DNA of 64,000 nucleotides from Thermoanaerobaculia bacterium (GCA_963816185.1 CAWFJJ010000028.1:224001-288000), one strand, 5' to 3'; shown: positions 43,478 to 55,175, numbered from the stretch's first letter. Program-made: numbers and translations. The notes: a model not told the origin generated them from the letters alone.

Positions 43478-44200
43478 TTGCGAACAGTCCTTGCGAGACC
43501 GACGATGACGCCGAGGACCTCATGCGTTCTCGCGGAGGCTTCGAGTGAAGCGCGCGTTCGGGCCCAGAGGGCGCCCTTGATGGCTTGGAACGAGATCCCA
43601 GCCGTCGTCGCCTCTCTGACGGCGGCGGATGGCCCGCTTGAGGACGTTGCGCGACCGCTCGCGGCTACGACCACCCATGCCGAGGGGCGTGAGGAGGGGC
43701 CCGTCTACGTCCCGAAAGTCGAGGCGAAAAGCGGCCCGTGGATGACGGGCAGGACGCGAAAACACCCCTTTCCGGCGCTGGGCCCGAGGGAACTTTCAAG
43801 CCCGAGAGCGCCTCTGCGTGGTGCGTCGTCACCGCCTCGAGGTGCCTCAGCGTCGCAGGAGTGCATCGACGTGCGGACGCTTGGCCGCTTCAAGGTGAGG
43901 TCTACGGAGGATCGCGCGAAGGGGTGTCGGATCGACCCCTGGCACCTCGAGATGGTCTGCCAGAAGGGGACGATCTTCCCGCACGGGGGCACCCTGCTTC
44001 AGGCCTACACGGACCGGATGCACACTCGAAAGCGGCTCAAGGCGCTGCCGGGTGTGAGGGTCTTTCAGGACGGCGACTTCGAGACGACGGTCATCTTCGA
44101 CGTTCGGGGCTTCGCCCGCGTCGCCGAGGTGATGCGGCCCCGAAAGCGACGGCCCGCTCCCGCCTGGCTCCCGCGAAGACCCGGCTCGCGTTGGCCGTGA
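43478..44200 (+). CDS. Hypothetical protein (start uncertain; C-terminal ~110 aa most credible)
   Basis: C-terminal DPWHLEMVCQKGTIFPHGG...QDGDFETTVIF reads as a globular domain. Confidence 0.5.
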   Translation: MRTVLARPTMTPRTSCVLAEASSEARVRAQRAPLMAWNEIPAVVASLTAADGPLEDVARPLAATTTHAEGREEGPVYVPKVEAKSGPWMTGRTRKHPFPALGPRELSSPRAPLRGASSPPRGASASQECIDVRTLGRFKVRSTEDRAKGCRIDPWHLEMVCQKGTIFPHGGTLLQAYTDRMHTRKRLKALPGVRVFQDGDFETTVIFDVRGFARVAEVMRPRKRRPAPAWLPRRPGSRWP

Positions 44201-44227
44201 CGGCGACCTCTGGCCTCGCGGCGCTCC

Positions 44228-44338
44228 ACGGCGCCGCCTCGGAATGAGTCACTCGAAACGATGCAGCGCCGCATCGAAACGAGACACCTGAGGCCCGAAT
44301 CAGGCCGCCACCAAGCGATGAGATCGCTTCTCAGCCTA
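44228..44338 (+). promoter_or_regulatory. Conserved non-coding block upstream of peptide array 1
   Basis: Near-identical to 51065-51174; TCGAAACGA direct repeats around a CGATGC/GCATCG inverted repeat. Confidence 0.5.
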
Positions 44339-44445
44339 TGGAACGGTACTTGCTCCTGCTGGACCCGGTAACGAAACTGCGACTTCGTCGAAAGCAAGTC
44401 GCCGGGCAGGCAAAGGGCTCGATGAGCCCGGAAAGGAAGAGCACC

Positions 44446-44592
44446 ATGGTCACGAAAAAGGGGAAGACGACGAAGAAGATGAAGGATCTGGGCGCCAGGA
44501 AGGTGACGGCCAAGCAAGCCGGGAAGGTCAAAGGAGGCATAGGCGCAGGGGGCGGCGGCGGCTCAGGGAAAGTGGGTTGGATCAAGGTCTGA
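44446..44592 (+). CDS. Double-glycine leader peptide P1, core IGAGGGGGSGKVGWIKV
   Basis: MVTKKGKTTKKMKDLGARKVTAKQAGKVKGG leader; AAAGGA RBS. Confidence 0.75.
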   Translation: MVTKKGKTTKKMKDLGARKVTAKQAGKVKGGIGAGGGGGSGKVGWIKV

Positions 44593-44633
44593 CGAGCGCC
44601 ACTTGCCGGAAAGGCCGCCGGGATCGTCGGTCG

Positions 44634-44918
44634 ATGAAGACAGGCCGCCGTAGGAGCAGGTCTTCGCCGGGGGTCGTCCCACTCAGGGACCTCGTCCCCC
44701 GAAACGACCCCAAGGGGGGCATGGCACAGAAGACGGTCTTCGGCGAAGGTCCCCCGGTTCTCGAGACAGAGGAGAAGCAGCCTTTCACGACGTTCGGGCC
44801 GAACGAAGGCGGAAGCCGGGTCACGGCCAGAACAGGGAGAAAGGAGAAGCGAAATGAAAAAGGCCACGAAGAATTCCCCGAAGGTCTCTCACAAGAAGGC
44901 GAAGGACCTCGAGGTTAA
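44634..44918 (+). CDS. Small protein with VVPLRDLVPRNDPKGG...KTVFGE motif, copy 1
   Basis: Paralog at 51215; 3' part runs through the array repeat. Confidence 0.55.
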   Translation: MKTGRRRSRSSPGVVPLRDLVPRNDPKGGMAQKTVFGEGPPVLETEEKQPFTTFGPNEGGSRVTARTGRKEKRNEKGHEEFPEGLSQEGEGPRG

Positions 44919-44997
44919 GCCTGCCAAGGGCGGCACGGTTCGTGGAGGGCTCGGAGGGAGCCACGGAGACGACACCCCAATAGAAAGTCGTCGTTGA
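44854..44997 (+). CDS. Double-glycine leader peptide P2, core LGGSHGDDTPIESRR
   Basis: MKKATKNSPKVSHKKAKDLEVKPAKGGTVRGG; AAGGAG RBS. Confidence 0.85.
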   Translation: MKKATKNSPKVSHKKAKDLEVKPAKGGTVRGGLGGSHGDDTPIESRR

Positions 44998-45102
44998 CGC
45001 GCGAAGACCTGTATCACTCGTAGCAAGGTTACCGTTGCTGTCGATGGCTTTTGGAAGGCAGTAGCCTGCTCGCGGCCAAAACAGGAAGTAAGGAGACACG
45101 AC

Positions 45103-45234
45103 ATGAAGACCAAGAAGAAGAGCGCCCCGAAGGCTTCCCACAGGAAGGCGGTCAGAAATCTCGACATCAAGCCCGCCAAGGGTGGGACGGTGCGTGGAGG
45201 AAGGAAAGCAGGCGAAAAACCGCTGGAGTTTTGA
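45103..45234 (+). CDS. Double-glycine leader peptide P3, core RKAGEKPLEF
   Basis: MKTKKKSAPKASHRKAVRNLDIKPAKGGTVRGG; AAGGAG RBS. Confidence 0.85.
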   Translation: MKTKKKSAPKASHRKAVRNLDIKPAKGGTVRGGRKAGEKPLEF

Positions 45235-45397
45235 GTATCAGCGACAATTGAAGTCGCCGCTGCCGGCGAGGTCGTTTCACGCCGTAGAAGGGCTCGCCCC
45301 TCAGGCAGCACATTCCTGCGGCAGCTTTCATCGGATGTTCCGGCCGAACGAAGGCAGAAGCCGGGTCACGACCGAAACAAGAAAGAGGAGAAACGAC

Positions 45398-45529
45398 ATG
45401 AAGAAGACCACGAAGAAGAGCCCCTCGAAGGCCTCTCACAAGAAGACGGTCAAGGACCTCGACGTCAAGCCCGCCAAGGGTGGGACCGTTCGTGGGGGCT
45501 TCCCGACGCCATGGAGAAGCAAGCCCTAA
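45398..45529 (+). CDS. Double-glycine leader peptide P4, core FPTPWRSKP
   Basis: MKKTTKKSPSKASHKKTVKDLDVKPAKGGTVRGG; GAGGAG RBS. Confidence 0.85.
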   Translation: MKKTTKKSPSKASHKKTVKDLDVKPAKGGTVRGGFPTPWRSKP

Positions 45530-45570
45530 GGCCGCTCGAAATGACGCGGCATCCAGAAAGGAGCAGCGAC

Positions 45571-45666
45571 ATGAAGAAGGCTACGAAGAAAACCCCCTCG
45601 AAAGCCTCTCAGAAGAAGGCGGTCAAGGACTTCGACGTCAAGCCCAGCAAAGGGGGAACGGTTTGA
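45571..45666 (+). pseudogene. Peptide P5 leader truncated by IS3 just before RGG
   Basis: MKKATKKTPSKASQKKAVKDFDVKPSKGGTV, then the IS terminal TGA. Confidence 0.8.
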
Positions 45667-45713
45667 ATCGCCCCGGCATTTCCGGAGGCTCCAACACTTG
45701 AGAGGATGGAGCG

Positions 45714-46945
<1,232 letters not shown>

Positions 46946-47026
46946 ACAGGTCTCCGGAGAACCCGGGGCGTTTCACAAGCCCTAAGGCCGCTCGAAATGA
47001 CGCGGCATCCAGAAAGGAGAAACGAC

Positions 47027-47158
47027 ATGAAGAAGACCACGAAGAAGAGCCCGAAGGCCTCCCACAAGAAAACGGTGAAGGACCTCGACGTCAAGCATGC
47101 CAAGACGGTTCGTGGAGGAGTCAGCGAAATCATCATCACCAAAAGAATCGACAGGTAA
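47027..47158 (+). CDS. Double-glycine leader peptide P6, core VSEIIITKRIDR
   Basis: MKKTTKKSPKASHKKTVKDLDVKHAKTVRGG; AAGGAG RBS. Confidence 0.85.
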   Translation: MKKTTKKSPKASHKKTVKDLDVKHAKTVRGGVSEIIITKRIDR

Positions 47159-47306
47159 ACGAGCGCGTGACACGCTCGAAGGCCCGCATGGTGCGACTCG
47201 CCTCGAGCGCCGACGCATCCGCCAAGAGCCAGCCTTCCCACGACGTTCCGGCCGAACGAAGGCAGAAGCCGGGTCACGGCCGAGACAAGAAGAAAGGAGA
47301 AACGAC

Positions 47307-47444
47307 ATGAAAAAGACCACGAAGAAGAGCGCCTCCAAGGCTTCACACAAGAAGGCCATCAAGGACCTCGGCGTCAAGCCCGCCAAGAGCGGGACGGTCC
47401 GTGGAGGCTTGTGGCGGGCTGGGGGAGGGCCAATCAAGTACTGA
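47307..47444 (+). CDS. Double-glycine leader peptide P7, core LWRAGGGPIKY
   Basis: MKKTTKKSASKASHKKAIKDLGVKPAKSGTVRGG; AAGGAG RBS. Confidence 0.85.
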   Translation: MKKTTKKSASKASHKKAIKDLGVKPAKSGTVRGGLWRAGGGPIKY

Positions 47445-47504
47445 TCGCCCGGTGGTACGCCGGGCCATGACGCCGCCTCCGACCACGCCGGCCGTCGAGC
47501 TACC

Positions 47505-47726
47505 TTGAGCACCGGCACCGTCAGCATGTCCTTCGCCCCAATCGGCTCGAACCTGCCGGACTTCGACAACTACTTCTGCCGCGACTGCCGACGCATCATC
47601 CATGTGCGGAAAGGATCGCCTGGCTTTCGCGCGTGCCCGACTCCGGGATGCACGCGGCCGACGGGGTTCGGGGTATACGCGAAGACGCGACGACCGAGAG
47701 GCGTCGCAGGGAGTCCGGCCTCATGA
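47505..47726 (+). CDS. Small Cys-rich protein (CRDC...CPTPGC)
   Basis: Paralogs at 50476 and 43204. Confidence 0.55.
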   Translation: MSTGTVSMSFAPIGSNLPDFDNYFCRDCRRIIHVRKGSPGFRACPTPGCTRPTGFGVYAKTRRPRGVAGSPAS

Positions 47727-47794
47727 CGGCTTGCGCTCGCCGCTGAGTGCCTCCGACTGCGTCGCAGCCACGGATAGAATCCCGACAGAGCTTC

Positions 47795-50479
47795 GTGACA
47801 ATCAGCCCCGGCACTCGCCTCGGCCCCTACGAGGTCCTCGCGCCTCTCGGCGCGGGCGGGATGGGGGAGGTCTACCGGGCGCGCGACACGCGGCTTTCAC
47901 GGGACGTCGCCATCAAAGTTGTCCACCCCGGCCTCGCCTCGGATCCCGACCGCCTGTCGCGCTTCGAGAAGGAAGCGCGTGCCGCAGCCCAGCTCGATCA
48001 CCCCAACGTCCTCGTCGTCCACGACGTCGGGTCGCACGAAGGCAGCCCGTTCATCGTCTCGGAGCTTTTGCAGGGCGAGTCGCTCCGCGAAAAGCTCGGT
48101 ACTCCCCTGCTGCCGAAGAAGGCCGTGGATTACGCCATCCAGATCGCGCACGGCCTCGCGGCGGCGCACGAGAAGGGGATCGTCCACCGGGACATCAAGC
48201 CCGAAAACGTCTTCGTCACGAAGGACGGGCACGTCAAGATCCTCGACTTCGGCGTCGCCAAGCTCATCCCTTCCTTTGAGGCCTCCGGCGTCGACACCGA
48301 GACTCCCACCGCAACCGCCACGCAGGCCGGCACCGCCGTCGGCACCGTGGCCTACATGTCGCCCGATCAGGTCCGTGGCCAGCCCGTGGACGCGCGGTCG
48401 GACCTCTTCTCGCTGGGAGTTGTTCTCTACGAGATGCTGTCGGGGAAGCGCCCCTTCCAGAGAGATACGCCTGCCGATACGATGTCGGCCATCCTGCGGG
48501 AGGATCCCCCCTCACTTGCGGGCACCACGCCTGCGATTCCTCCCGCTCTGCAGGAGATTGTCAGCCAGTGCCTGGAGAAACAGCCGGCGGATCGGTTCTC
48601 GTCGGCACACGACCTGGCCCTGGCGCTGCAGGCTGCCGGAAGCCCGAAAGAGGAGGGGTCCAAGGTCCCTGCGGCCGCCGATCGCAGGCCGGCCGTGCCA
48701 GCTCCGCGGCAGCGTTTCGCCCTGCTGGCACTCGCGGGTATTGCGGTGTTGGCAGTGCTGGGCGCGCTTGCTCTCAGACATAAAGCTGCAGGCCCGAGCG
48801 CCCAACCGGCTAGGCCGCTCCGGATCGTCGTTCTTCCTTTCGAGAATCTCGGGTCTCCCGACGACGCGTACTTTGCGGGCGGGATGACCGAGGAGATCAC
48901 GAGCCGCCTGGCGAACGTCCGGACCCTCGCGGTCATCTCGCGCACGACGGCGACCCAGTACGACCGGAAGGGAAAGACAATCGAGCAAATCGGTAAGGAC
49001 CTGGGCGTCGGCTACGTCCTCGAGGGCTCAGTCCGCTGGGACCGGAGCGGCGGCGGCCCGGGGCGGGTGCGAATCACGCCGCAGCTCATCCGGGTTTCCG
49101 ACGACACGCACCTCTGGTCCGAGCGTTATGACCGGCAGCTCGCGGACATCTTTGCCATTCAGGGCGACGTTGCCGATGGCGTCGTCCGGGCCTTGAACAT
49201 CACGCTTGCGCCGGCCGAGTCGACTGCCCTGCATCAGCTGCCGACGAAAGACCTCCAAGCCTACGATCTCTATCTGCGGACGCTCGAACTGGCCAAGCGG
49301 GGTCTCGAGCCCTCGGTCATCGCTCAGCAGATCAAGCTGGCCGGCGAGGCCGTCGACCGGGACCCGAAGTTCGCCGAGGTGCTCGCCCTGCTCGCGCAAG
49401 CCCGCATTTCCAATTACTGGCTTCATTACGACCGGACGGAGTCTGAACTGGAGAGGGCAAGACTCGAGGCGGAGCGCGCGGTCGCCCTGCGTCCCGATTC
49501 GGTGCAGGCGCATCTGGCCCTCGGCCAGTACTATTACATGGGGCGTCTCGACTACGAGATGGCCCTCACCGAATATGGAAAGGCCCTGGCGCTACAGCCG
49601 AATGGCTCGGACGTCCTCTACCCCATCGGCACCGTCTATCGGCGCCAGGGGAGGTGGGAGGAGGCAAGAGAACTGTTCCAAAGAGCGCTCGACAGGGACC
49701 CCCGGAACGGCAGCCTTTGGTACATGCTCGGAGAGACGCAGCTCATTCTGCGCGACTACGCCGATGCCATCCGAAATCTCGCCATGTCCTCGTCGCTCAA
49801 CCCGAACTACGTCTGGGGGCACTGCTATCGGGCGTGGGCCCACGTCCTGTGGCGCGGCGACGTCGCCAGCTCCCGGCGCATCCTGAGCGCGGCGTCGGTC
49901 CTGTCCGGTCTGGACGATCCGGGGGGATGGGTGGACTACTTCTCGGTGCGCACAGCCGAGATCGAACGCGACTGGGAGGGAGCCCTGCGCCCGCTGAACT
50001 CCCGGAAACTCGAGGCCGTGACGGGCCAGCTCCTTTACGTCCCGATGTCGCTGCTACGCGCCGAGGTGCTGTCGTACACCGGGCGCCACGATCTGGCGCA
50101 GCAGGCTTACGAAGAGGCCGGCCGTATCCTGGTGCGGAAGATCCAGGAAACGCCAAAGGACTCGCGTCTTCATTCGTCACTCGGTCTCGCGCTGGCCGGG
50201 CTCGGCAGGATGGACGAGGCCGTGCGGGAGGGCGAGCGCGGCGTCGAGTTGCTCCCACCCGAAAAAGAGGCGTACCGGGGAACGTACCGGGTGGAAGACC
50301 TCGCGCGCATCTACATGATGGCCGGTCGTCAGGACGACGCCATCCGGCAGCTCGACATCCTGTTGTCCCGTCCCTCACAGGTCTCGGTGACGTTGCTCAG
50401 GCTCGACCCTTGGTGGGACCCGCTGCGCAAGAACCCGAGGTTCGAGGCGTTGCTGGCGAAGTACGAGGTCAAGCCGTGA
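47795..50479 (+). CDS. Membrane Ser/Thr protein kinase with TolB-like and TPR domains
   Basis: LGAGGMGEVY, VAIK, HRDIKPEN, DFG; TM helix; VVLPFENL; TPRs; LRLDPWWDPLR. Confidence 0.93.
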   Translation: MTISPGTRLGPYEVLAPLGAGGMGEVYRARDTRLSRDVAIKVVHPGLASDPDRLSRFEKEARAAAQLDHPNVLVVHDVGSHEGSPFIVSELLQGESLREKLGTPLLPKKAVDYAIQIAHGLAAAHEKGIVHRDIKPENVFVTKDGHVKILDFGVAKLIPSFEASGVDTETPTATATQAGTAVGTVAYMSPDQVRGQPVDARSDLFSLGVVLYEMLSGKRPFQRDTPADTMSAILREDPPSLAGTTPAIPPALQEIVSQCLEKQPADRFSSAHDLALALQAAGSPKEEGSKVPAAADRRPAVPAPRQRFALLALAGIAVLAVLGALALRHKAAGPSAQPARPLRIVVLPFENLGSPDDAYFAGGMTEEITSRLANVRTLAVISRTTATQYDRKGKTIEQIGKDLGVGYVLEGSVRWDRSGGGPGRVRITPQLIRVSDDTHLWSERYDRQLADIFAIQGDVADGVVRALNITLAPAESTALHQLPTKDLQAYDLYLRTLELAKRGLEPSVIAQQIKLAGEAVDRDPKFAEVLALLAQARISNYWLHYDRTESELERARLEAERAVALRPDSVQAHLALGQYYYMGRLDYEMALTEYGKALALQPNGSDVLYPIGTVYRRQGRWEEARELFQRALDRDPRNGSLWYMLGETQLILRDYADAIRNLAMSSSLNPNYVWGHCYRAWAHVLWRGDVASSRRILSAASVLSGLDDPGGWVDYFSVRTAEIERDWEGALRPLNSRKLEAVTGQLLYVPMSLLRAEVLSYTGRHDLAQQAYEEAGRILVRKIQETPKDSRLHSSLGLALAGLGRMDEAVREGERGVELLPPEKEAYRGTYRVEDLARIYMMAGRQDDAIRQLDILLSRPSQVSVTLLRLDPWWDPLRKNPRFEALLAKYEVKP

Positions 50480-50691
50480 GCACCGGCACCGTCAACACGT
50501 CCTTCGCCCCGATTGGCTCGAATCTCCCGGACTGCGGCAACTTCTTTTGCCGTGACCGCCGACGCATCGTCCATGTGCGGAAGGGATCTCCAGGCTTTCG
50601 CGCGTGCCCGACGCCGGGATGCACGCGGCCGACGGGGTTCGGAGCGTTCGCCGGGGTGCCGCGACCTGCGCGAGAATTGAGACGCCGATGA
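50476..50691 (+). CDS. Small Cys-rich protein, paralog of 47505
   Basis: MSTGTVNTSFAPIGSNLPD...CPTPGC; GTGA overlap with kinase stop. Confidence 0.5.
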   Translation: MSTGTVNTSFAPIGSNLPDCGNFFCRDRRRIVHVRKGSPGFRACPTPGCTRPTGFGAFAGVPRPARELRRR

Positions 50692-50939
50692 GTTCGACGC
50701 GAACCCCCTCATGCTTCTTCTGCGGCCGAACCTCGCCTTTTTCGTTCTTCATGGGGGCGTCGCGGATAGACTGTCCGACCTGCGGCTCGTACGATGTGAC
50801 TGTCGGCGTGAGCAGCCGGATCCGTTCCAACCCGCAGATGAAGGCGTTGGTCCGCGCGGAGATCCGCAGGCAACTTGACAGCGGAGTCGCGAGGCCGCGC
50901 ATCAACCTCGACGACATCAAGGCACTCAAGGGGCGTTGA
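50688..50939 (+). CDS. Small Zn-ribbon protein, paralog B
   Basis: CFFC...CPTC; paralog of 42934. Confidence 0.7.
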   Translation: MSSTRTPSCFFCGRTSPFSFFMGASRIDCPTCGSYDVTVGVSSRIRSNPQMKALVRAEIRRQLDSGVARPRINLDDIKALKGR

Positions 50940-51064
50940 CCTCGGCTGTCGGCCTGCCTCAGGTCCCCTCGCCTGTCACAAGCACCCGCGCCTCCCCCGG
51001 CGCGGCCTCCGCCTCGGGGAGCGACCTCCCCGGCTCGATACGCTCGACGACGCCGAGGCCCGCG

Positions 51065-51174
51065 ACGGCGCCGCCTCGGAATGAGCCACTCGAAACGATG
51101 CAGCATCGCATCGAAACGAGACAGGTCGGTCCGAGATAGGCGCCGCTGAGGGCTTGAGACCGCTTCTCAGCCTA
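51065..51174 (+). promoter_or_regulatory. Conserved non-coding block upstream of peptide array 2
   Basis: Matches 44228-44338. Confidence 0.5.
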
Positions 51175-51214
51175 CGGCATGGCGTTTGCCTTCCGTTCAG
51201 CCGGCCATAGTGCG

Positions 51215-51439
51215 ATGAACACACGCCGCCGCAGGACAAAGCCGCCGCCGGGGGTCGTCCCCCTCAGGGACCTCGTCCCCCGGAACGACCCCAAGGGGGG
51301 CTCGGCCGGGAAGACGGTTTTCGGCGAGCGTCCCCTGGTCACCGAGACAGAGGAAAAGCAGCACATTCAGGATGTTCCGGTCGAACGAAGGCGGAAGCCG
51401 GGTCACGGCCGAAACAGCACGAAAGGAGAAACGACATGA
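51215..51439 (+). CDS. Small protein with VVPLRDLVPRNDPKGG...KTVFGE motif, copy 2
   Basis: Paralog of 44634. Confidence 0.55.
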   Translation: MNTRRRRTKPPPGVVPLRDLVPRNDPKGGSAGKTVFGERPLVTETEEKQHIQDVPVERRRKPGHGRNSTKGETT

Positions 51440-51597
51440 AGACCACGAAGAAAACCCCCTCGAAGCCCGCTCACAAGAGGGCGATCAAGGACCTTGACGT
51501 CAAGTCCGTCAAGGGCCGCACGGTTCGTGGGGGAATCGTGAAACTTGTCGACGCGGACTCTCCCAAACTCCACGATACGCCCGTGAAGGGCGGGTAA
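51436..51597 (+). CDS. Double-glycine leader peptide P8, core IVKLVDADSPKLHDTPVKGG
   Basis: MKTTKKTPSKPAHKRAIKDLDVKSVKGRTVRGG; AAGGAG RBS. Confidence 0.85.
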   Translation: MKTTKKTPSKPAHKRAIKDLDVKSVKGRTVRGGIVKLVDADSPKLHDTPVKGG

Positions 51598-51713
51598 GGA
51601 CTGAAGCAACTCGAACACCACACCGCTTCCCGCGAGCGCAAACATGGTCCGGCGCCGGAGGTCTAGAGCGGCTCGTCGGGTCACGCCCGAAACAGGAAGT
51701 AAGGAGACACGAC

Positions 51714-51866
51714 ATGAAAAAGACCACGAAGAAAAGCCCCTCGAAGGTTTCTCACAAGAAGGCGGCCAAGGACCTCGCCGTCAATCCCGCCAAGGGCAGG
51801 ACGGTCCGTGGAGGCCTTGGAAGCGTCGAGGGAGAGTCGATTCGCAAAGGTCACAGTCCAGATTGA
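51714..51866 (+). CDS. Double-glycine leader peptide P9, core LGSVEGESIRKGHSPD
   Basis: MKKTTKKSPSKVSHKKAAKDLAVNPAKGRTVRGG; AAGGAG RBS. Confidence 0.85.
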   Translation: MKKTTKKSPSKVSHKKAAKDLAVNPAKGRTVRGGLGSVEGESIRKGHSPD

Positions 51867-51956
51867 CTACGGGAGGAATTAGCCCTCTCAGGACGTTCCG
51901 GCCGAACGAAGGCAGAAGCCGGGTCACGACCGAAACGGGAAGAAAGGAGAAAAGCC

Positions 51957-52097
51957 ATGAAGAAGACCACGAAGAAGACCGTCTCGAAGGCTTCTCACAA
52001 GAAGGGAGTCAAGGACCTCGACGTCAAGCCCGTCAAGGGCGGGTCGGTCCGTGGAGGGAGCTTGTACCCGGGTTACCCCAAGGACAAAACGGAATAG
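51957..52097 (+). CDS. Double-glycine leader peptide P10, core SLYPGYPKDKTE
   Basis: MKKTTKKTVSKASHKKGVKDLDVKPVKGGSVRGG; AAGGAG RBS. Confidence 0.85.
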   Translation: MKKTTKKTVSKASHKKGVKDLDVKPVKGGSVRGGSLYPGYPKDKTE

Positions 52098-52175
52098 CGT
52101 TAGCTCGCCGCGGGAGCCTGATGTCGTTTGACACCAAAACGAGAACCCGTCACCTAGTTTGGCGCGTCAGAACCT

Positions 52176-52204
52176 CGTTGCGGACTCGCTTCGCTCGCCG
52201 CTGA
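52176..52204 (+). repeat. Degenerate attC-like remnant
   Basis: GCGGACTCGCTTCGCTCGCCGCTGA matches the centre of the 55116-55175 attC at 24/25. Confidence 0.6.
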
Positions 52205-52359
52205 GCCCTCGGCAGCCGGACTGCCTGTAAAGAGAAATCCCTTCAGCGCTTTCAGCCACACGCCGACGATTCTCCAGGCACTTCGGACCGGCTCGATCTG
52301 TCGCAAGAAATATATAGATTTCACTTGACAGGACGCTGGCCGGGCCCTACCTATGGAGC

Positions 52360-52977
52360 ATGACCACAACAGCCGTCTACATCAGAGTCAGCTCGAAGCG
52401 CCAAGACACAGCCAGTCAGGAGCCCGATGTGAAGCGTTACCTCGCGGCCAACGGCCTCGAGGGCGCCATGGTTTACCGCGACAAGTTCACGGGCCGCACC
52501 ATGGAGCGCCCCGGCTTCCAGAGGCTCCTTGCTGCCATCCGCGCCGGCGAGGTCAAGCGGGTCGTCATTTGGCGTCTTGACCGCCTCGGACGAACGGCGG
52601 GCGGCCTGTCCATGCTCCTCGACGAGTTCGTCGCCCGTAAGGTGAACCTCGTCAGCCTGCGTGACGGGCTTGACCTCGGCACACCGGCCGGAAAACTGAT
52701 GGCACACGTTCTCGGCTCCATCGCAGCCTATGAGACGGAGGTTCGTGCCGAGCGCGTTCTCGCCGGCATCGAAGCAGCCAGAGAGCGCGGCGTCCGTCTC
52801 GGTCGGCCCGCGGGCGTCCACACAGCCGTCAAGGTCAAGCCGGAGCAGGCCGGGCAGGTGCGGCGTCTCAACGAGGAGGGGAAGGGCGTGACGCTGATTG
52901 CCCGCGCTGTTGGCTTGTCACGACCAACCGTCTATCGACTTCTCGCTTCCAAGAGTTTCCTTGGCTTGACCCCATGA
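52360..52977 (+). CDS. Serine recombinase (resolvase/invertase) with C-terminal HTH
   Basis: YIRVSS, WRLDRLGR, GVRLGRP, GLSRPTVYR. Confidence 0.93.
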   Translation: MTTTAVYIRVSSKRQDTASQEPDVKRYLAANGLEGAMVYRDKFTGRTMERPGFQRLLAAIRAGEVKRVVIWRLDRLGRTAGGLSMLLDEFVARKVNLVSLRDGLDLGTPAGKLMAHVLGSIAAYETEVRAERVLAGIEAARERGVRLGRPAGVHTAVKVKPEQAGQVRRLNEEGKGVTLIARAVGLSRPTVYRLLASKSFLGLTP

Positions 52978-53334
52978 AGTCGATTCGTTCTCCCCGTTCG
53001 CTTGATATTGTTCCACCATTGGAGAGCGGCGGATCCCGAAGGACATCGCGAATCCAAGACCGGAGACAGGGCAGGGTGAAACGCCGATGCGTCGATAAGA
53101 ACGCCTTCCTTCATGACCGCGTCGTCGTCGCGGATGCCAGGTCGCGCAGCTATCACACCGTTGGCGTTCGCCGGCACAAGAGCGCGGAATAGTGGCGAAG
53201 CTCGGTTCACCCTTCGCCTTTCCTGACCTAAGGCAAGCGCGGGTACACGAACGTCTCGGGCGACTAGTTGGGCCGGGACCAGCGGACCACTTTCAGGACG
53301 CCTGTGAAACGCCCCGGGTTCTCCGGAGACCTGT

Positions 53335-54566
<1,232 letters not shown>

Positions 54567-54626
54567 GGCTCCATCCTCTCAAGTGTTGGAGCCTCCGGAA
54601 ATGCCGGGGCGATTCAAACTGTTGAT

Positions 54627-54679
54627 AAGTGTTACCCATGTGCCTGGACTAAAGTGTTACCTATGTGCCCGACCGTTCA
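54627..54679. mobile_element. Isolated IS end (IS481-like)
   Basis: Tandem AAGTGTTACC(C/T)ATGTGCC repeats ending GACCGTTCA. Confidence 0.55.
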
Positions 54680-55112
54680 TTCTTAACACGCGGTCGCGGG
54701 ACTTAAGCCAGGCGCTATGGCGGAGGCGGAGCAACGACCACCAGAAGCGCGCACGGACGAGAAAGAGCCTGGGAGGTGAAGAAGCGACCGACACCTTCAC
54801 GTTGTGCTCGAGAAACATGGCCTCGCCCTGCGCGAGTTCGTGAATAGGGCGAACGCACGCGTACGTGACGGAATTGAAAAAGCCGACGGCATAGAGCTCG
54901 ACAGGAAGGCCGCGTTCGCGCGCTTCTTCAAATTGGCGTTCCGCCGACGCTGAGATGCCGGGCGCGCTAGGACGAAAAAGCGCCGTCTTGTTCCCGGGAA
55001 AGCTAAGGACGTGCTCGTGCGTAACCCATGCGATGTTGCCCGGCCAGCCCTCGTGCGCTAGGAGGGATGTGAAGCGCTGGATGGCCTCGGAAAAGCCCTG
55101 AGTCACGTTCAA
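54657..55112 (-). CDS. Hypothetical integron cassette protein, 3' end interrupted by the IS end
   Basis: TTG start 3 bp after the attC GTTAGGC; lower GC. Confidence 0.6.
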   Translation of the reverse strand: MNVTQGFSEAIQRFTSLLAHEGWPGNIAWVTHEHVLSFPGNKTALFRPSAPGISASAERQFEEARERGLPVELYAVGFFNSVTYACVRPIHELAQGEAMFLEHNVKVSVASSPPRLFLVRARFWWSLLRLRHSAWLKSRDRVLRMNGRAHR

Positions 55113-55115
55113 GCC

Positions 55116-55175
55116 GCCTAACGATACCGCGTTCAGCGGCGAGCGCAGCGAGTCCGCTGCAACGCGCCGTTAGGC
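55116..55175 (-). other. Integron attC site
   Basis: GCCTAAC (RYYYAAC)...GTTAGGC (GTTRRRY) ends, 60 bp, imperfect palindrome. Confidence 0.85.

Noticed and set aside
45500-45529. P4 core FPTPW as a phage tail-tube (WPxKW) mimic
   Set aside because: Too short and weak to support without a search.
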